From Zygnema circumcarinatum SAG 698-1b (lineage: Eukaryota > Plantae > Zygnematophyceae), in contig CM074809.1 in assembly GCA_037447605.1 (NCBI GenBank), forward strand, positions 2,470,689-2,534,688: DNA of 64,000 bases, written 5' to 3'. The notes under the pieces were generated by a model, which ran no database searches, was not told the origin of the DNA, and saw only the letters and a program-made list of their open reading frames with translations. Position 1 is the stretch's first letter; every line of letters begins with the position of its first letter. Below, piece by piece: positions 32,914 through 54,838 of the stretch. A program made the translations under genes and the position numbers.

Positions 32914-35638
32914 CTACTTGGATTCAGCAGGAGCTTCCTTCTTGGCCACAGAACCCGTGGTTGGCCTGAACAAAATACACCCACCACCACCAGAGAGGTT
33001 AATCCACATTTTAGTTTGAAAGTATAAGCGCTTACACAGACGACCTATGCATATCAGGTAGCAATTTCCAGAAGCCGCCTCACCATGAACACTGTCCCTA
33101 GGCTGTGAGAGTTCAGGCATGACATCAAACTTCCTTCACTAGGCAGTAGGCAGGCCGTGAAAATCGAGACAGTACAACATCCCCGAATGCAGAGAGATTC
33201 TATGGTCAACAAAAGCAACCATAAAATAGGAATCGCAACCTATATTTTCTAGTACCCGCTCTTCTATTTGACCAAATGAAAAAGAAAGGCCATTTGCGGG
33301 AAACAAGAACCAAGATAAGGTGGGAAGAACTCACAGGCCCATGGAGACCTTGAATGCATCATAGATACCCCATTGGGCTCCAGTAAGGGTGCCAATCATC
33401 ACAATACGAAGTGGAAGCCCTCGGGTGAAGAGACCCACCATACCGAACTCGGACACAGCCTGCCCAAATCAGCATACGGCAAGGTGATCAAAATCTCAGT
33501 ACCGAGTATGAGGATTGCTGCTCTAAACTCTACATAACGTCAAAGATCCCTAACAAATAGACTGCGTACACCATTTCTAAAAAGCGATCCAGAAACGCAC
33601 CCTCCCCNNNNNNNNNNCCCCCCCCCCCCCCCCCCCCGAAAAAAAAAAACAGCAGCAGTGAACATACCAAAAATAAAAAAAAGCTTGAGGCATGGAATGG
33701 ATCTACGCTATTTGTGAAACACAGTTGTACCTCTAAAAAGCTACGGTTTTTAGTCCACCAATGAAAAATGCAAATTGTCATATAAAAGTACGAGAATGAT
33801 GTAGCTGTACACGGCATACCTGGGAGATAGTTGCCCCCTTCGACTTGTTGAGATAAGACACCAAGTTGTCAGCTGGATGCGATACAATTGCGCAGAAGAC
33901 ACCCGCAATGTATCCCGCAAGGAAACTGACACCCAGTTGAAGTGGCTTTGTGCAATCATCCTTGGGATATGGCACGACATACTGATACAGGGCCTCCACA
34001 GTTTTCTCAAAGCAGGCGAACTTCATCATCGTATCTGAACACAGAACACGACATCAACAAAGACAAGTTAAAAAAGAAATCCTGATTGTACAAGCACGTC
34101 GGCCACAAAAGCTACTAGGTCATTATATGATTACAAACAAGGAGCAGTCCCTAAGCCGAAATAACCCAGCCTAACAGAAAGACAGTGACTAACAGCAATA
34201 CTCAAGCACAATGACCCTCCAGCTCGATCACTTAACATTCGCGAGTGGACCAGTGCACACTTGTAGACAGAGCTAATAGGCAGCAGGACCCACTTTGAGG
34301 TTCACTCCAACCAGTAGAGCAAAGGTTGCTTATACAAAAGTGCAGAAATGCCAGATTCTTCCGACAAGGCAGCAAGGCAAAATGATTATATAACTTATAT
34401 TTGGAAAAAGATCATTAATGAATAAAACACATTTAAGAATACTTACAAGGAATTTGACGTCCCCACAGAGGGCCCAATCCCCTGTAAAGCCTGCATTGGA
34501 GCAAAAAAATAATAAACACATTAAATTACTCCCTCACACATTGAGCAGACAGCGACATTATCCAGCACATCACTATGAATGACATTTCCGCTCTGATTTT
34601 GGCCCAGAACCATCTGCCCACAATCGTATAACAAGAAAATCAATGTGCAGTCATTGATAGGCCAATCCTGATAAATGAATTCACTACACAATCTCCAAAG
34701 AAAACAGTCGAGGGACAGAAAGCTAAAAAATACAGCACTTACCCGCCCACACCTTCGGCAGCGACAATCTTTGGCCACCCGTCAACCAATCCATTTGCGA
34801 ATCCAGGCTGAGTTTGAACTCGGACTTTGACAGCCTCAAAAGGGCAAAGAGCCACGTCAGCGATAAGTTCAGCCGACGCACTTCCGGCAAGATAGATCAA
34901 AGTCTTGTACTTGGCAGCATACTCAGGACCAGCAAGATCGGAGTAGTACTTCTTAAAAAATTCATAAAACCCAAACTTGCATGCACCCTGTGCACTATAT
35001 CCAAGAAGAGTAGGAAACCAGCCCTTAAAAAATCCTCCCACGCCCTGCTCTTTGTAGAGAATGCCAAAACCGGAACCGATGCTCTTGTACTTCACTGGAT
35101 CAATCTGCAAGCGCTCCCAAGCAACCATTCCAAGTAACAGGCAACTGATTCAGCGACTCGTATGAAGTGGGAGTCATGCCAACCTTTAAAAAAAAAGGAA
35201 AAACAAGCTCGACGGGACAACGCGGTAGGAAAATACAACGGATCACAGCTCTGCAACTCAAAATAGAGGATAGGACAAAATGGACTTCACAGCATTTTGT
35301 AGAACTCCTATGGATCTTACCTGCATGTTACACTTCACCAGATCGAGAGGAGTGACAGCCATATGAGTCAGACCGCAGCTCAACACACCACCGAGAGTGC
35401 ATGCTGCGTAGTACTCCTTGGAGTACAGGGCGATCTTCTTCGATTCAACAGCTGCAGGGATCAAGAACTTTGAGGTCTGCACAGCAGCCTTTCGGAAAGG
35501 CGTCTCCGCCAAGACAGGCGCTTCCGCAACTCCTGGCAAAGCTCCAAGAGCTCTGGCCTTCGCGAGAGCCGAGAAAGCCCCCGTGGTGTACAGAGATCCT
35601 GGGATCAGCGGTTGTCTGAAGTCCTGCGACGGCGCCAT
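32914..35638 (-). CDS. Mitochondrial phosphate carrier (PHT3/MPT family), 6 exons
   Basis: [31 protein letters not shown]|[83 protein letters not shown]. Confidence 0.97.
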
Positions 35639-36177
35639 TGCGACCTGCTCTCAGCAAAGGCAAACCGAGGGTTTCAAATAAGTTCCCTCTCCTTCCTGCT
35701 GCCTCCTGCTGGTATGAGCTCGAGCGGAGTCCGGAACAATTGGCTGTAGCAAGACCTTCTCTCACTCCCTGTCTTCTCCCTCCCTCCCTCCCTCCAGGCG
35801 CCTGAGGTCAGCCAGGGCCTTCGCAGCCGCCCGATGGATATCAGCGCCAATCGCCACCGTCCGTCTCAAGGGTCCCCAACCCGCGGAGAGCGACAGACTG
35901 CCACGTGGTGCCCGGCCCGCCGGAGCGCATATTCTGATATTCTGTTCGTCCGTACAAGGAATGTCACGTCCCGTTCGCTGTGAAACGCGAGCCCTACTCG
36001 TGGAACAAAAAGAGACGCAGTTCTATGCGCCAACAGCAGTAGAGCAGCGAGGGCCGCATGGGAAGTGAGCTTTGCTTGGTGAAGGCCGCCAGGGGGATGA
36101 GTGGGTGTAGATCAGGGCAGGGCAGGGCAGGGCTGGGCTGGGCTGGGCCAGGGCTGCGCAAGAAGGAGGCGGACAGT

Positions 36178-44479
<8,302 letters not shown>

Positions 44480-44574
44480 ATCTGGATATGACTAAGCGAG
44501 TGGCGCTTCTTGAATGGAGCCACGGGAAGAGAGGAGGGGAAGGAGAGGGGGGGGGGGGGGGGGGNNNNNNNNNN

Positions 44575-44610
<36 letters not shown>

Positions 44611-45019
44611 CTGAGGAATATTTCTAATGGTATTTACCGTATCACAGGTTTTTTGACTCACGGTATGATTGAGTATTCATCTATAAGGCCATAGTTATCG
44701 GCCCGCCATACATGAGCAATTTGTATTGCTAGAGCAGATCATAAGCACGGTGGCTCCTACTTGCCGAGCAAACTTTGCAAGATTTGTCGAGCAATTGCTC
44801 TCATTTCCATATAACGAGAAGTGTGAGAAGAGACTTGGAGTAGGGATGTGGTGCCCACATTCCCGGCTGAACGGTCGGTGTAAGGCAGCAAACCAGATTT
44901 GTCCGCTGCCCTCATGTAATGAAATTTCTCCCTATCATCTCTACACTAGAAAAGCACTTCGCTGCAGAGTCTGCACCTAGCGAAAACAAGGCATCTTGTA
45001 CTGTATTGTAGGATTTGTT

Positions 45020-45990
45020 TTGGAGCCGTTGGGGGGCTGAAGTTGGACCGTGCGACGGCCGACCGGTGCCCGCAGACCCAAAAAAAAGTAGTGGCTGGCG
45101 GGACCTCCCTGCCTCGCTTCCCCGCAGGCAGGCCGACGGTTTTGGAAGGCGGCGCCTCCGTGCCAGGCAGGTGGGCCGCAACCTCTCTTGTTCTATGCTG
45201 CAGTTTCGCTGCTAACAGCCGCCGTACCGTAAAATACAGTTCGGACCCTCCTAAACGACAACAGCCTGCCGTTTTGGGACTACATGGAACGCCGCCGCTG
45301 GAGCTAATAACCGACCGCCACGTTGCCCTCTCTGCACCGCTGGCCCCGCACGTGCGAGACCCCTCCGCCAATGAGCGGCAAGCGCGTTGCAGGGCGGCCC
45401 GTTTGTCGCACGCGTGCCATCAGTTGCCTAGGACAAAGCGGCCCCGTTGCGCCGTACCATACGGCCTCGTCCGTACTGCAACTGCTCCGCGCTATTCCCA
45501 CAAGGCCGCGCGGCCCCCTCGGAGTGCACCACGTGGCACCGAAGCTTCCCGGGCGGCAGGGGCGGCCAAATTTTGGGCGAAAAGCGCGGGAAGCGCAGGG
45601 CGCGGAATTTGGAGCGCCGTCCGCCCTCTGACAGGCGGCGGAGGGCGCCCTCCCGCGCTGGGCTCGCCAATTTTCAAAATTCGAGTGGCGCCCACTGGGC
45701 GAGCGCCGCGTGGCGCGCGACAAGCTTCCGCCATATCCGCAGCGGCACGAGCGGCTCAAAAAAAAGCGCGCGGGAAAAAAAGAAGGGGGCGGAAGCGGAT
45801 AAAGGGGACTGGCGTACGGACGGGAGGACGGGACTGCGGCATGTGTCGGCGGGCGGACGGGCGGGCGGGCGGTTACCCCACGGAGCCCCGCGCCGCGATT
45901 GGCTGCGCGCGGTCAACTCGCGCGTGCGGGGAGGGAGGGAGCGGGGCGGGGCGGGGCGGACGGGGGGGGCACTTCAAAAGTCGCGCGCCA
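45020..45990 (+). promoter_or_regulatory. GC-rich cyclin A promoter with E2F-, MSA- and CCAAT-like motifs
   Basis: GCGGGAAA (TTTCCCGC on minus) at 45770-45777, CCGTTGG (MSA core CCAACGG) ~45025, ATTGG ~45898, TTCAAA ~45973. Confidence 0.5.
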
Positions 45991-46443
45991 CGCCAAAGAG
46001 CAGCGTCCCCGCCGTCTGGCAAAAAAGCACAAAATATAAACAAAAAAAGTTCCAACTTTTTGGGCGGGCGGGCGGGCGGGCGGGCGAAAGGCGGCCAACG
46101 TTTGGCAAAGGAGGGCGGGCGGGGGTGCGCTGAGGGGAGAGGGAGAGGGAGAGGGAGAGGGAGAGGGAGAGGGAGAGGGCGAGGGAGGGAATAAGTAGCT
46201 GCCAGGGCACGCGGGCAGGCAGGCAGGCCATGCATGGCCGCTGCCTGGGACGTACTCACTGCCTGCCTGCCTGCCGCGGAAAAGCGTATCGCCTCTGCGT
46301 ACTGCTGCTGCTTCTTTCCTCTTGAGGGAAAGAGGAGATTGCTGTGAGGGCCAGAACAAGTGGAGAATGCTGGTGGCTGCCTGCGGTTTGTAGAAGAACA
46401 GGAAAGCTTGCGGCAGGCCTGCAAGGCGTAGACACTAAAGGTA

Positions 46444-49179
46444 ATGATGAAGGATACGAGAACGGCGACAAAGCGATCTTCCATGGACACGGATCACCTT
46501 GCAGGAGCAAGCAATGCAGTTCCGAACAAGCGCCAAGCTTTGGCTAACATCAGTAACGATATGAACCAAGCTCACGGAAGGAACTTGAAGCAGAAGGTAT
46601 GAAAGCTTCGAAGTCAGTTTTCTGGACAATTTCTCCTTGAATCCCTTGAATGCCTTTTGTAGTGGTAACTCTTTTTATCTAAATTGAGGCTTCCCGATCA
46701 GCCAGGATTCAAGATGTATCTGAAATGGCATGATGTTACTAGCTTCGATTTCACGAGGACGTATGTTGACAGCTGTTGGTTGTGCAGTCTGCAGGAGCTG
46801 ACTTCTCTGGAAAAGAGAAGTCCCATTCAGCCGGACTGTCCCCATGCCATGCTTCTGCGAAAGCGCTTCAGAAGTCTGGACGGCTCACCGTAACGAACAA
46901 CGCCGTCCTTGGGAATGCTGCGCAAATGACTCCTGTCGTTCCAGCCTGCAACAATGGCACTGTGCAGCCTGCAGAAGCCAGTGCTGAAGCTGTGGTGCAG
47001 GAGCCCATGTCCGCAGAGCAAGAATCGGATGGTAATGCCGCTGATATAGCGTCGTTGCAAAGGCGGACAGTGAATAATTTACGGATTTCATCAGCTCCAA
47101 CGGATGCTCATGGAGGTATTGCCTCTCACCTTTCCAAGAAACCATGCATTTATTGGGCCTTGCTCTTTCCTTCGCTGTGCTGATTGGACTCTGAGTGTGT
47201 TTGCAGAAACATGTGCAGGATCTCCGGAACTTAAGAGCAGGAACTGGTCTTGTAGCATGGGTTACACCTGCATTGACAACAATCCTGCGGATCCCCAAAT
47301 GTGTAGTGTATATGCGACTGATATCTATGCACACCTTCAAGCTGCCGAGGTATGTGGCAACGAAGGACTTAAGGCTCTGCACTCTTTTGCAACGTTTGCA
47401 AATTGCAATGTTTGTCTTAAATTTAAATCCCAATCAATTAGTTCAACGGATTGTGAATATATCCAGGAAGCATCATCTGAAGTATTGACCGTATCTGCAC
47501 ATTTGAGTCCGGCTGTAAAACTGATAAGACAAAAAAACAAAAAACTGATAAGTCCTCTGCATAACATCTGAACTGCAGATTCGACGGCGCCCTGCGACAA
47601 ATTTTATGGAGACATTGCAGAGGGATATAAACTCGAGTATGCGGGCTATTTTAATCGACTGGCTTGTGGAGGTGAGGGTCACTTTTATGCTGTTGGTTAG
47701 GCAATCTGCAATGGCCTTGTTCGTCTTTCTTTTCTAAGGCGCTGGCTTACAGGTTCTTGACTTAACGTTAGCATATTGTCCTGCAGGTGGCTGAGGAGTA
47801 CAAGCTGGTTCCTGATACTCTCTATCTTACTTGCTCATTGATTGATCGTTATCTCTCCAAGAGTGAGGTGCCAAGGAGCCGTTTGCAGCTTCTTGGAGTC
47901 TCCTCTATGCTTATTGCATCGTAAGTCGCTATCTTGAAATGAGGTCGCAAGTAGTAGAAGCTCGTTGTGTCCATGATATTGCCTGTCTGCTGCCTCAGTG
48001 AAAGCCAACTGTATTTGAATATGCTGATTAGGTCGTTTAATCATCTGGGTGGCTGCTTCCTGTTTGACATGCAGGAAATACGAAGAGATCTACCCTCCAC
48101 AAGTGGATGAGTTTTGCTATATTACTGACAACACATACAAGCGAGAAGAAGTGAGCCTTTTGGTGACTGTGCTTTGGGAGGGTATCGTTGCGTCTATTTC
48201 CCTGAATACTGCGAGCTAGTGATTTCTGTTATAATATTTCCCTGATGATTGGTCTTTCCAATTTTTTTCTGTCTTTTTTATCCAGATAATTGAAATGGAA
48301 AGACGTGTCCTAAACGAGCTCCATTTTGAGCTCAGTGCACCCACAATTAAAAGTTTCTTGCGACGTTTCATTCGAGCGGCACAAGTCAGCTTTGAGGTAT
48401 GCTTTCTTCTCGTAAGACTTATTGGATCTTTATTTTACGAAGTTTGCCCTTATCACTTCTATCACTTTAATTTTTTTTTTCACTCTGAGCTGGTCAATGA
48501 GCTGATCCATGTTATTCTCCATGCAGGCCCCATCATTACTCCTAGAATTTCTTGGAAACTACTTGGCGGAATTGACGCTTGTTGAATATTCGTTTATAAA
48601 GTATCTCCCCTCTCTCATTGCAGCATCTGCTGTTTTCGTGGCGAAACTCACACTCAATCCAGATGTCTACCCTTGGGTAAGGAAAAGTTCCATAGGAGAT
48701 CTTGTTTTCGCACTATGCAGTGTGTGGCTAGCTGTGTCTCCCCTTCCTGCATAGACTGCTAGAGTCAATTATGGCGACTAAGCATAAGTTCCTCTGATGT
48801 TTGCAGACTCCAACTCTGGAGCACTATACAGGCTACAGGCCGTCGGCATTGAAGGAGTGCGTGGAGGCAATGCATGCTCTGCAGCGAAACCTTGGAGGTT
48901 GCACTCTGCCAGCGATCCGTGAAAAGTACAGTCAAGCCAAGGTGTGTAATGACGACAACGACTTCAAACACCAGTTTTGTGTTTTTCTTTGGTTGCATAT
49001 TCATCAGTCTGATAGCATCGGGATTTCTTTCGGTTCTTGACAACTGAACTCTCTTTTTGATGTCAATGCAGTTCAAATCAGTTTCGGTTTTGACTTCACC
49101 TGAAGAAATAAACCAAAGGTTTTTTGAAGATGTCATAACTGAACCTGATGTTACAGTCATGAAAGCATGGCCGGCTTGA
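46444..49179 (+). CDS. CYCA: A-type cyclin
   Basis: D-box RQALANISN; DPQMCSVYATDIYAHLQAAE, MRAILIDWLVE|VAEEYKLVPDTLYL, LQLLGVSSMLIAS|KYEEIYPP, FCYITDNTY, LSAPTIKSFLRRF, YLAELTL, AIREKY; stop at 49179. Confidence 0.96.
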
Positions 49180-50292
49180 TCTTCCTTTCCTCCAATGTAG
49201 TAATCGATGTAGTAGGAAACGCCTGTAGGGTGACGCCTTGATGCCGGGCTTCTCTTCTACGATAGAGCTGTACAGCTATCAAAATTTTTGCCAGGTGGCT
49301 GGACATAGCAGGCCACATGTTGTTGCTTTTGTTCTAGTCGACACAGATTAAAACTCTTACGGTTGAGAGTCGGATATTCCTTGTTTTATGTAGAACCAAC
49401 TACGTATTCTGATCCTGGAATAAAAGTTTCTAGACTAGGTAGGGATACAGGTGCGTTGTTTATTCCATCTAAGCATAAAGAAGTACATAGTGCCAACACT
49501 CCGTAAGGACAGGCTCACTTCACCTACAAACCATCCGTCTTCATTCTTTTTGCGATAAGACTTCCGTGTATGTTCAAGTAGATTCAGAGTCCGATCTCTC
49601 ATCCAGGAACTTGTACCTTCTGTAGCGACGCTGACATTTTAAAATAGAATCCGGTATTGATGGCCTTCGCTCACTGAGTTTCATTCCTCTTGAGGAGATT
49701 GCATATTTTGTTACAGAATCGCGCAAATGTTTCCTGCACGAGGCCTGTTAATTTGCCCTATTGTATTTTTTCGTTGGCTGTCATGAAAATGGAAGGAACA
49801 GTTGAAGTATAATCGAAGAAATGAAAGTTATGCATAGCAGGAGGTTCCATCTCAGCCAGACAAACTCCCAAAGCTTCTCTGAAACTCCGAAAAGCTGCAA
49901 CCATTTGCTTAGCAATATAATGTTCTGGTACTGAAGTGACATGCTCGTTTTTGGAGTTTCATAACTATAGCACTGTTCAGTGACAGAAGCTACATCCACC
50001 GTGAATCTGTGCGCGCAAACGCTTCCACGGTATCGTCCTTTGCCTGCACGCGTCTTCGTCAGTAGGGATGTACAATTGTCCGTACAAGCGATTTTAGAGG
50101 ATATCAAATTTAAAACGTTCTAATATCTGAAAGTTTCAGAGTTTTAGAACACTTATAGAATGACCGTACGAGCATTGAATTTGAACAGCTGCCAACTTGA
50201 AAATTGTTTTATGAAACGGCCAGACTTTAACGGCCTGACCTTCGCGGCTGCTTCTAGGGCTGCGTTGTTGCGCCTAGGCGTAGTTTTCCGCT

Positions 50293-50638
50293 CCTAGCTT
50301 CGTTTTATTGTGTTTCGGTCCTTTGTGACCAGTCCTTCGTGGTTCCACATTTTGCCTTTCTCCATGTACATTTGATGGCCTCGCCATCGCGAGTTCAATG
50401 AAAATTTCCCTGCCTGACTTTAAGAACTATTGATTGGAATCCTAAACTGCGTTCCACATGCTGCTTTTATCCATGTACATTTGATGGCCTCGCTATCGTG
50501 AGTTCAGTGAAATAAAGAAGAGGGAAGTGGCATTGATCTCAGCTCGCGAGGCCATCAAATGTACATGGACAAAATCAGTATGGGGAACCACGAGAAACTG
50601 GCCGCAAAAGGACTTTAGCACAAAAGAAAAAAGCTAGG
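50293..50638. mobile_element. Cluster of three repeat-family R1 copies forming a ~118-bp-arm inverted repeat
   Basis: 50293-50410 is a diverged reverse complement of 50522-50638 (GGGAAGTGGCATTGATCTC...GAGGCCATCAAATGTACATGGAC...AAAGCTAGG). A third partial reverse copy lies at 50449-50510. Confidence 0.75.
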
Positions 50639-50694
50639 TAAAATTATGGTTGGATAGGCGAATGCGAGACTGGGATCAATGGCCGGGTCGGTCA

Positions 50695-51050
50695 CGCCAC
50701 GTGGAGGTGTGTGGGATTGATTCAGACCGCTGGATAGCCGCGTGCAAGATATTCGAGAAATGACCGACAGCCACGTGGACATACGCTAGAGTGTGGCCGT
50801 TGGATGTGCGCCCGAGAGATTCTGCGAACAATGGCCGTCGAGTGTGGCTCGCGGAAACGAACGCGTGGCGGCTGAAACCGGCGGATGGCCGCACGAGTGA
50901 TTTCTGAATATTTTGAATGTTTACAGATTATGCCACGTGGACAAGTTTGAGCTTTGAACCGTTGGATTGCCGCGTGCGAGTTAAACGGCAAATGCCCTCG
51001 TGGATATTTCACGCGGTAGAAAGACCGTTGGATATCAGCGTGCGAGATTT
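50695..51050. repeat. Degenerate array of CCGTTGGAT..GCCGCGTG and GCCACGTGGA units upstream of SufC
   Basis: About five CCG(T/C/G)(T/C)GGAT copies (~50727, 50797, 50878, 50959, 51025) interleaved with GCCACGTGGA (~50696, 50770, 50932). Confidence 0.65.
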
Positions 51051-51280
51051 TGGAATTTTATTTTTTTCCTCAGCACTATAATGCTGTTCTATGTACGAAA
51101 ATTCGATCACAGTTTTTGCTACACATCGAACGCATGATGCATGTGACGGTGCCCGTTTCGTCACCGTTACGTTGTCGCGTCGCCTATAACGGAGCGTGAA
51201 ACTATGGCGCTGCCTCTTGAGGCCTGCGCTTGACCCTTGAGAGAGGGAAGAAAGGCTCGCGTGACTGCAAGCTGTAGGCC

Positions 51281-53773
51281 ATGGCGCTCGCGGCTGCCGT
51301 AGACTGCTCTGCGCTGCACGTGCTTCGAGCGCAGCCTTCGGCGAGCAGGAGTGAGTTTAATTCGCTTTGTGAGCAGCGGCTGCTGAGCTATGTGGACAGC
51401 GGGAGGACAGTTCAGGCGGGAGCATCAAAAACCGTGAAGGAGAGGAAGGATGGAAGAGGCAGGAGAGCAGTGGCATCAGCAACGGCAGCTGCGGATGCGG
51501 CAACATCGGAGGCAGTGACTGTGTCGGAGAAAGGCAAGATTCTGCTGGAGGTGAAGGGGCTCCGGGCGATTATAGCAGAAACGGAGACGGAGATATTGAG
51601 GGGAGTCGACCTGATTATTCGGGAGGGGGAAGTAAGTTGGTGACTTTGAGCTCTTGGCATTTTGCCTTCACACTCTGCACCTTTCATTTGTATGGCACTC
51701 TTTAGTCATGCCCCTAATTACACTCTCGTGCGTGCATTTCTCGAAGTTAATTATCTGGTCTTCGTTATGCGCCTTCTATTTTTATGACAGATATTGAAGC
51801 TGGCTTGCTTGGGCACAGGTGCATGCGATTATGGGGAAGAACGGCTCCGGAAAAAGCACATTAACGAAGGTATGTCCGTCTTAGAGTACTTTGCTCCCAT
51901 GAACCTGATAATCTTAAGAAAGGGCAGAAGGAACGTGATGAACGGAAGGATAGGTGCTCCCGCAATTTTTCGGTAGCCTTTGGAAGACCAACATGTCGGA
52001 CTGTGATGCATACTCAAGGAAGTTCATCCGTGTAGACTGCAGGACAGACACTTATCATTTACCTTATTACTGAACTTAAGCTATTAAAAACACTCTGGTC
52101 CTTTTGTTTTTAAGTCTTGACGACAAGCTGACATCGGAACCGGCAAACGAAACGTTTTGTGTCCCAATGAAATTGTTCTGTGAAGAACTGGTCCGCTGTC
52201 TCCTATCTTCCTCTTCCGTTTCCCCCTTACGCCCCTCTCCCTCCCGAAGCCTGTGGGCCATCTCATTATGACGGTCAGGGAGTGGCTGCAATTGGCAACC
52301 CCTAGCTGGCTGTCTTTCACCTCTTGCCAAACCGTCTCGTGTTTGGGTCTCTTGTCAAACAGTTTTTCTCGCCCCTGGCGGCATTTCAAGTTTGTTCTGA
52401 CGCCTGCTGCAGGTGCTGGTGGGTCATCCGGACTACGAGGTGACAGGTGGCACTGCGATGTACAAGGGGCAGAATTTGTTTGACCTTGAGCCTGAGGAAA
52501 GGAGCCATGCAGGCTTGTTTTTAAGTTTTCAGTCACCTGTGGAGATACCAGGTGTCAACAATGTAGACTTTCTCCGCATGGCATGCAATGCGAAAAGGGC
52601 AGCCCACGGCCTTCCAGAGCTAGAACCTCTAGAGGTACTCTTTCTGCTCAGAGGCGAGTAACTTTGTTGAAATTTTAAGATGTTAAGTCAAGGAGTCTGG
52701 ATGATTACAGTCCTGATCATTGCTTTGCTACCAAAGACGAGTGGAATTTTCTGTTCTTTCTTTGATTAAACTTGGGGTCAACCTCAGACAAAAGGTGGTC
52801 CAACGGTTGACTGAACTACATCTCTGTGTGGTGCAGTTTTACGGTTTTCTTTCACCCAAGCTTGACGAATTACGAATGGATATGAGCTACTTGCAGCGTA
52901 ATGTCAACGAAGGCTTCAGTGGGGGGGAAAAGAAGCGGAATGAGATTTTGCAGCTAGCAGTGAGTGAAAATGGCACTCCCTTTCTACGTCTTGTCGTGGT
53001 CTATTAGTGTCGGAAGCTTGTTTCATTCAGTCTGCTTGTGCAATTTCGTACGCTTTAATGCCCTAATAAATAGGGCTCTCATCTGACTTCGACGTGAAGA
53101 AGTGGAACGCAAGGGATGGGAAGCGAATGCCAATGAAAAGCGAGAGTGATGCAGACAAGGGTGACAATGATTGTGTTGCTGCAGGTTCTGGAAGCTGAGT
53201 TAGCAATTTTGGATGAAATAGATTCTGGATTGGACATTGACGCTCTGCGCGACGTGTCCTTGGCGGTCAACGGATTGCGAAAGCCTGACCGATCGCTTCT
53301 TATGATCACTCATTATCAGCGGCTGCTTGATTACATCCAGCCAGATTTCGTCCATATTATGGTAAACACCGAGGGACTTTGCTCATTGCTCATTGTCCCC
53401 CTATAGGCCGTATCCCCTCCCATGTGTACTACTAGTCCACTTTCTCCTCTTCTTACCTATTTAATCTCACATGGCAGAACAGGGAGCACTCGTGCCTGTT
53501 GGGTTATGTGAAGTTTCAGCTTGTCAAGTAAATCTGCGTTGCTTTTGCATTACATGAAGCCTTGTCCTTGCGTTGTCACCAATTGCATCATTGGGCTTCT
53601 TTTGTGGCGTGCGTGAAAGCTGGTCATTTGTCCAAACATTGGGACTACTTGGGGATGTTTTAACTGGGCCGTCGACTGTGTGTTGGCAGGAGAGTGGGCG
53701 GATTGTGAAGACGGGCGACCTGTCATTGGCGAAGGAGCTAGAGGCTGGCGGATATGCAGCCGTACAAGTGTAA
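51281..53773 (+). CDS. SUFC: Plastid Fe-S assembly ATPase SufC (ABCI6/NAP7)
   Basis: Transit-peptide-like N-terminus; [79 protein letters not shown]. Confidence 0.97.
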
Positions 53774-54838
53774 CGAGAGGTGTAGACCTGCCAGCGCTGG
53801 CTATGGCATGCATGGCACGCTGGACTGCCAACATGCGGCATATGGTGGCGGTCTTCACGGCCATTGGACGGGTTCATGTGTTCCTTAGTATTCTGCTCTT
53901 AAAGATGCGCACAAGCTGACTTTCATGCTTCTCCTGCTGGAAGAATGTGGGCATTTTCTAATGGTTGGTGTTTACTGCATTGGTTGGAATCACTACTTAG
54001 AAAAAAAAAGTGCAAATTTTATACATCGACTAGCAGACTCGAAATCACGCCTCATAGTATGGAAACGGTGTGCTTTAACCGCAATATTTTATCGCAAGAT
54101 AAGTTTATTTGCATAAAAAGAATCTACATAAAACAACAAGGTTCCCTAACCAACGGTTCAAACTATTCGCAATGAACAGTTGTTCAGAAATCAATAGTTA
54201 GTGACTATTCCAATAGTTGATCCAGTGGTCCAACGTGTGAACTACTGTCATTAAAAAAATCCACGTGATGCTCGCTTTCTTTCTCCAAACTCTGTCGCCA
54301 CAAGAGTTCATGCGCCACACGTGGATCCCATTGCGGTCCCTTTCACGGACGGTGCACGGTGGAGCTTAAACCAATGTGCCCATGCTCTCCCCCTCACTCT
54401 TCAAACAGATAGCACCCTCCTATGTCTCCCCACTCTCATCAGAAGACCAATATATGAGTAAAACAAGAAACTGGTCCAGTCAAAGTTTTCAATTACCTGC
54501 TTTACATTTCAGAGAAGAGACACACTCACATCGGATTTAATTCTTAAGCGTATATACATTGGTGGTCAGCTTACACTGATATACGGCTGCCATTCTCATG
54601 TGAAGGCAAGGAACCCTAAAGCCTATTGGCCATCTCCCTTCCAGGAACATAGGCCTCCTCCCACTTCACTTAATTACAGAGACACCAGCGGCGATCCAAG
54701 AACTGCCTGTAAGGCGGTACACACCATGGAACAGTTCTGTCCTTCATTCCAAGTAGGAAACTTTTATGGCACAGCGACTGCACCACCTGTAATGACCAGC
54801 AGAATTTGGCTCTGCCTGCGCCTGCATCCATGTTCTCC

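Noticed and set aside
44545-44610. Poly-G run (also poly-C at ~33600-33640) as a functional G-quadruplex
   Set aside because: Both adjoin N gaps, so length and sequence are unreliable.
45043-46194. 383-aa and 228-aa ORFs upstream of cyclin A
   Set aside because: Stop-poor GC-rich promoter DNA with a microsatellite; no recognisable domain.
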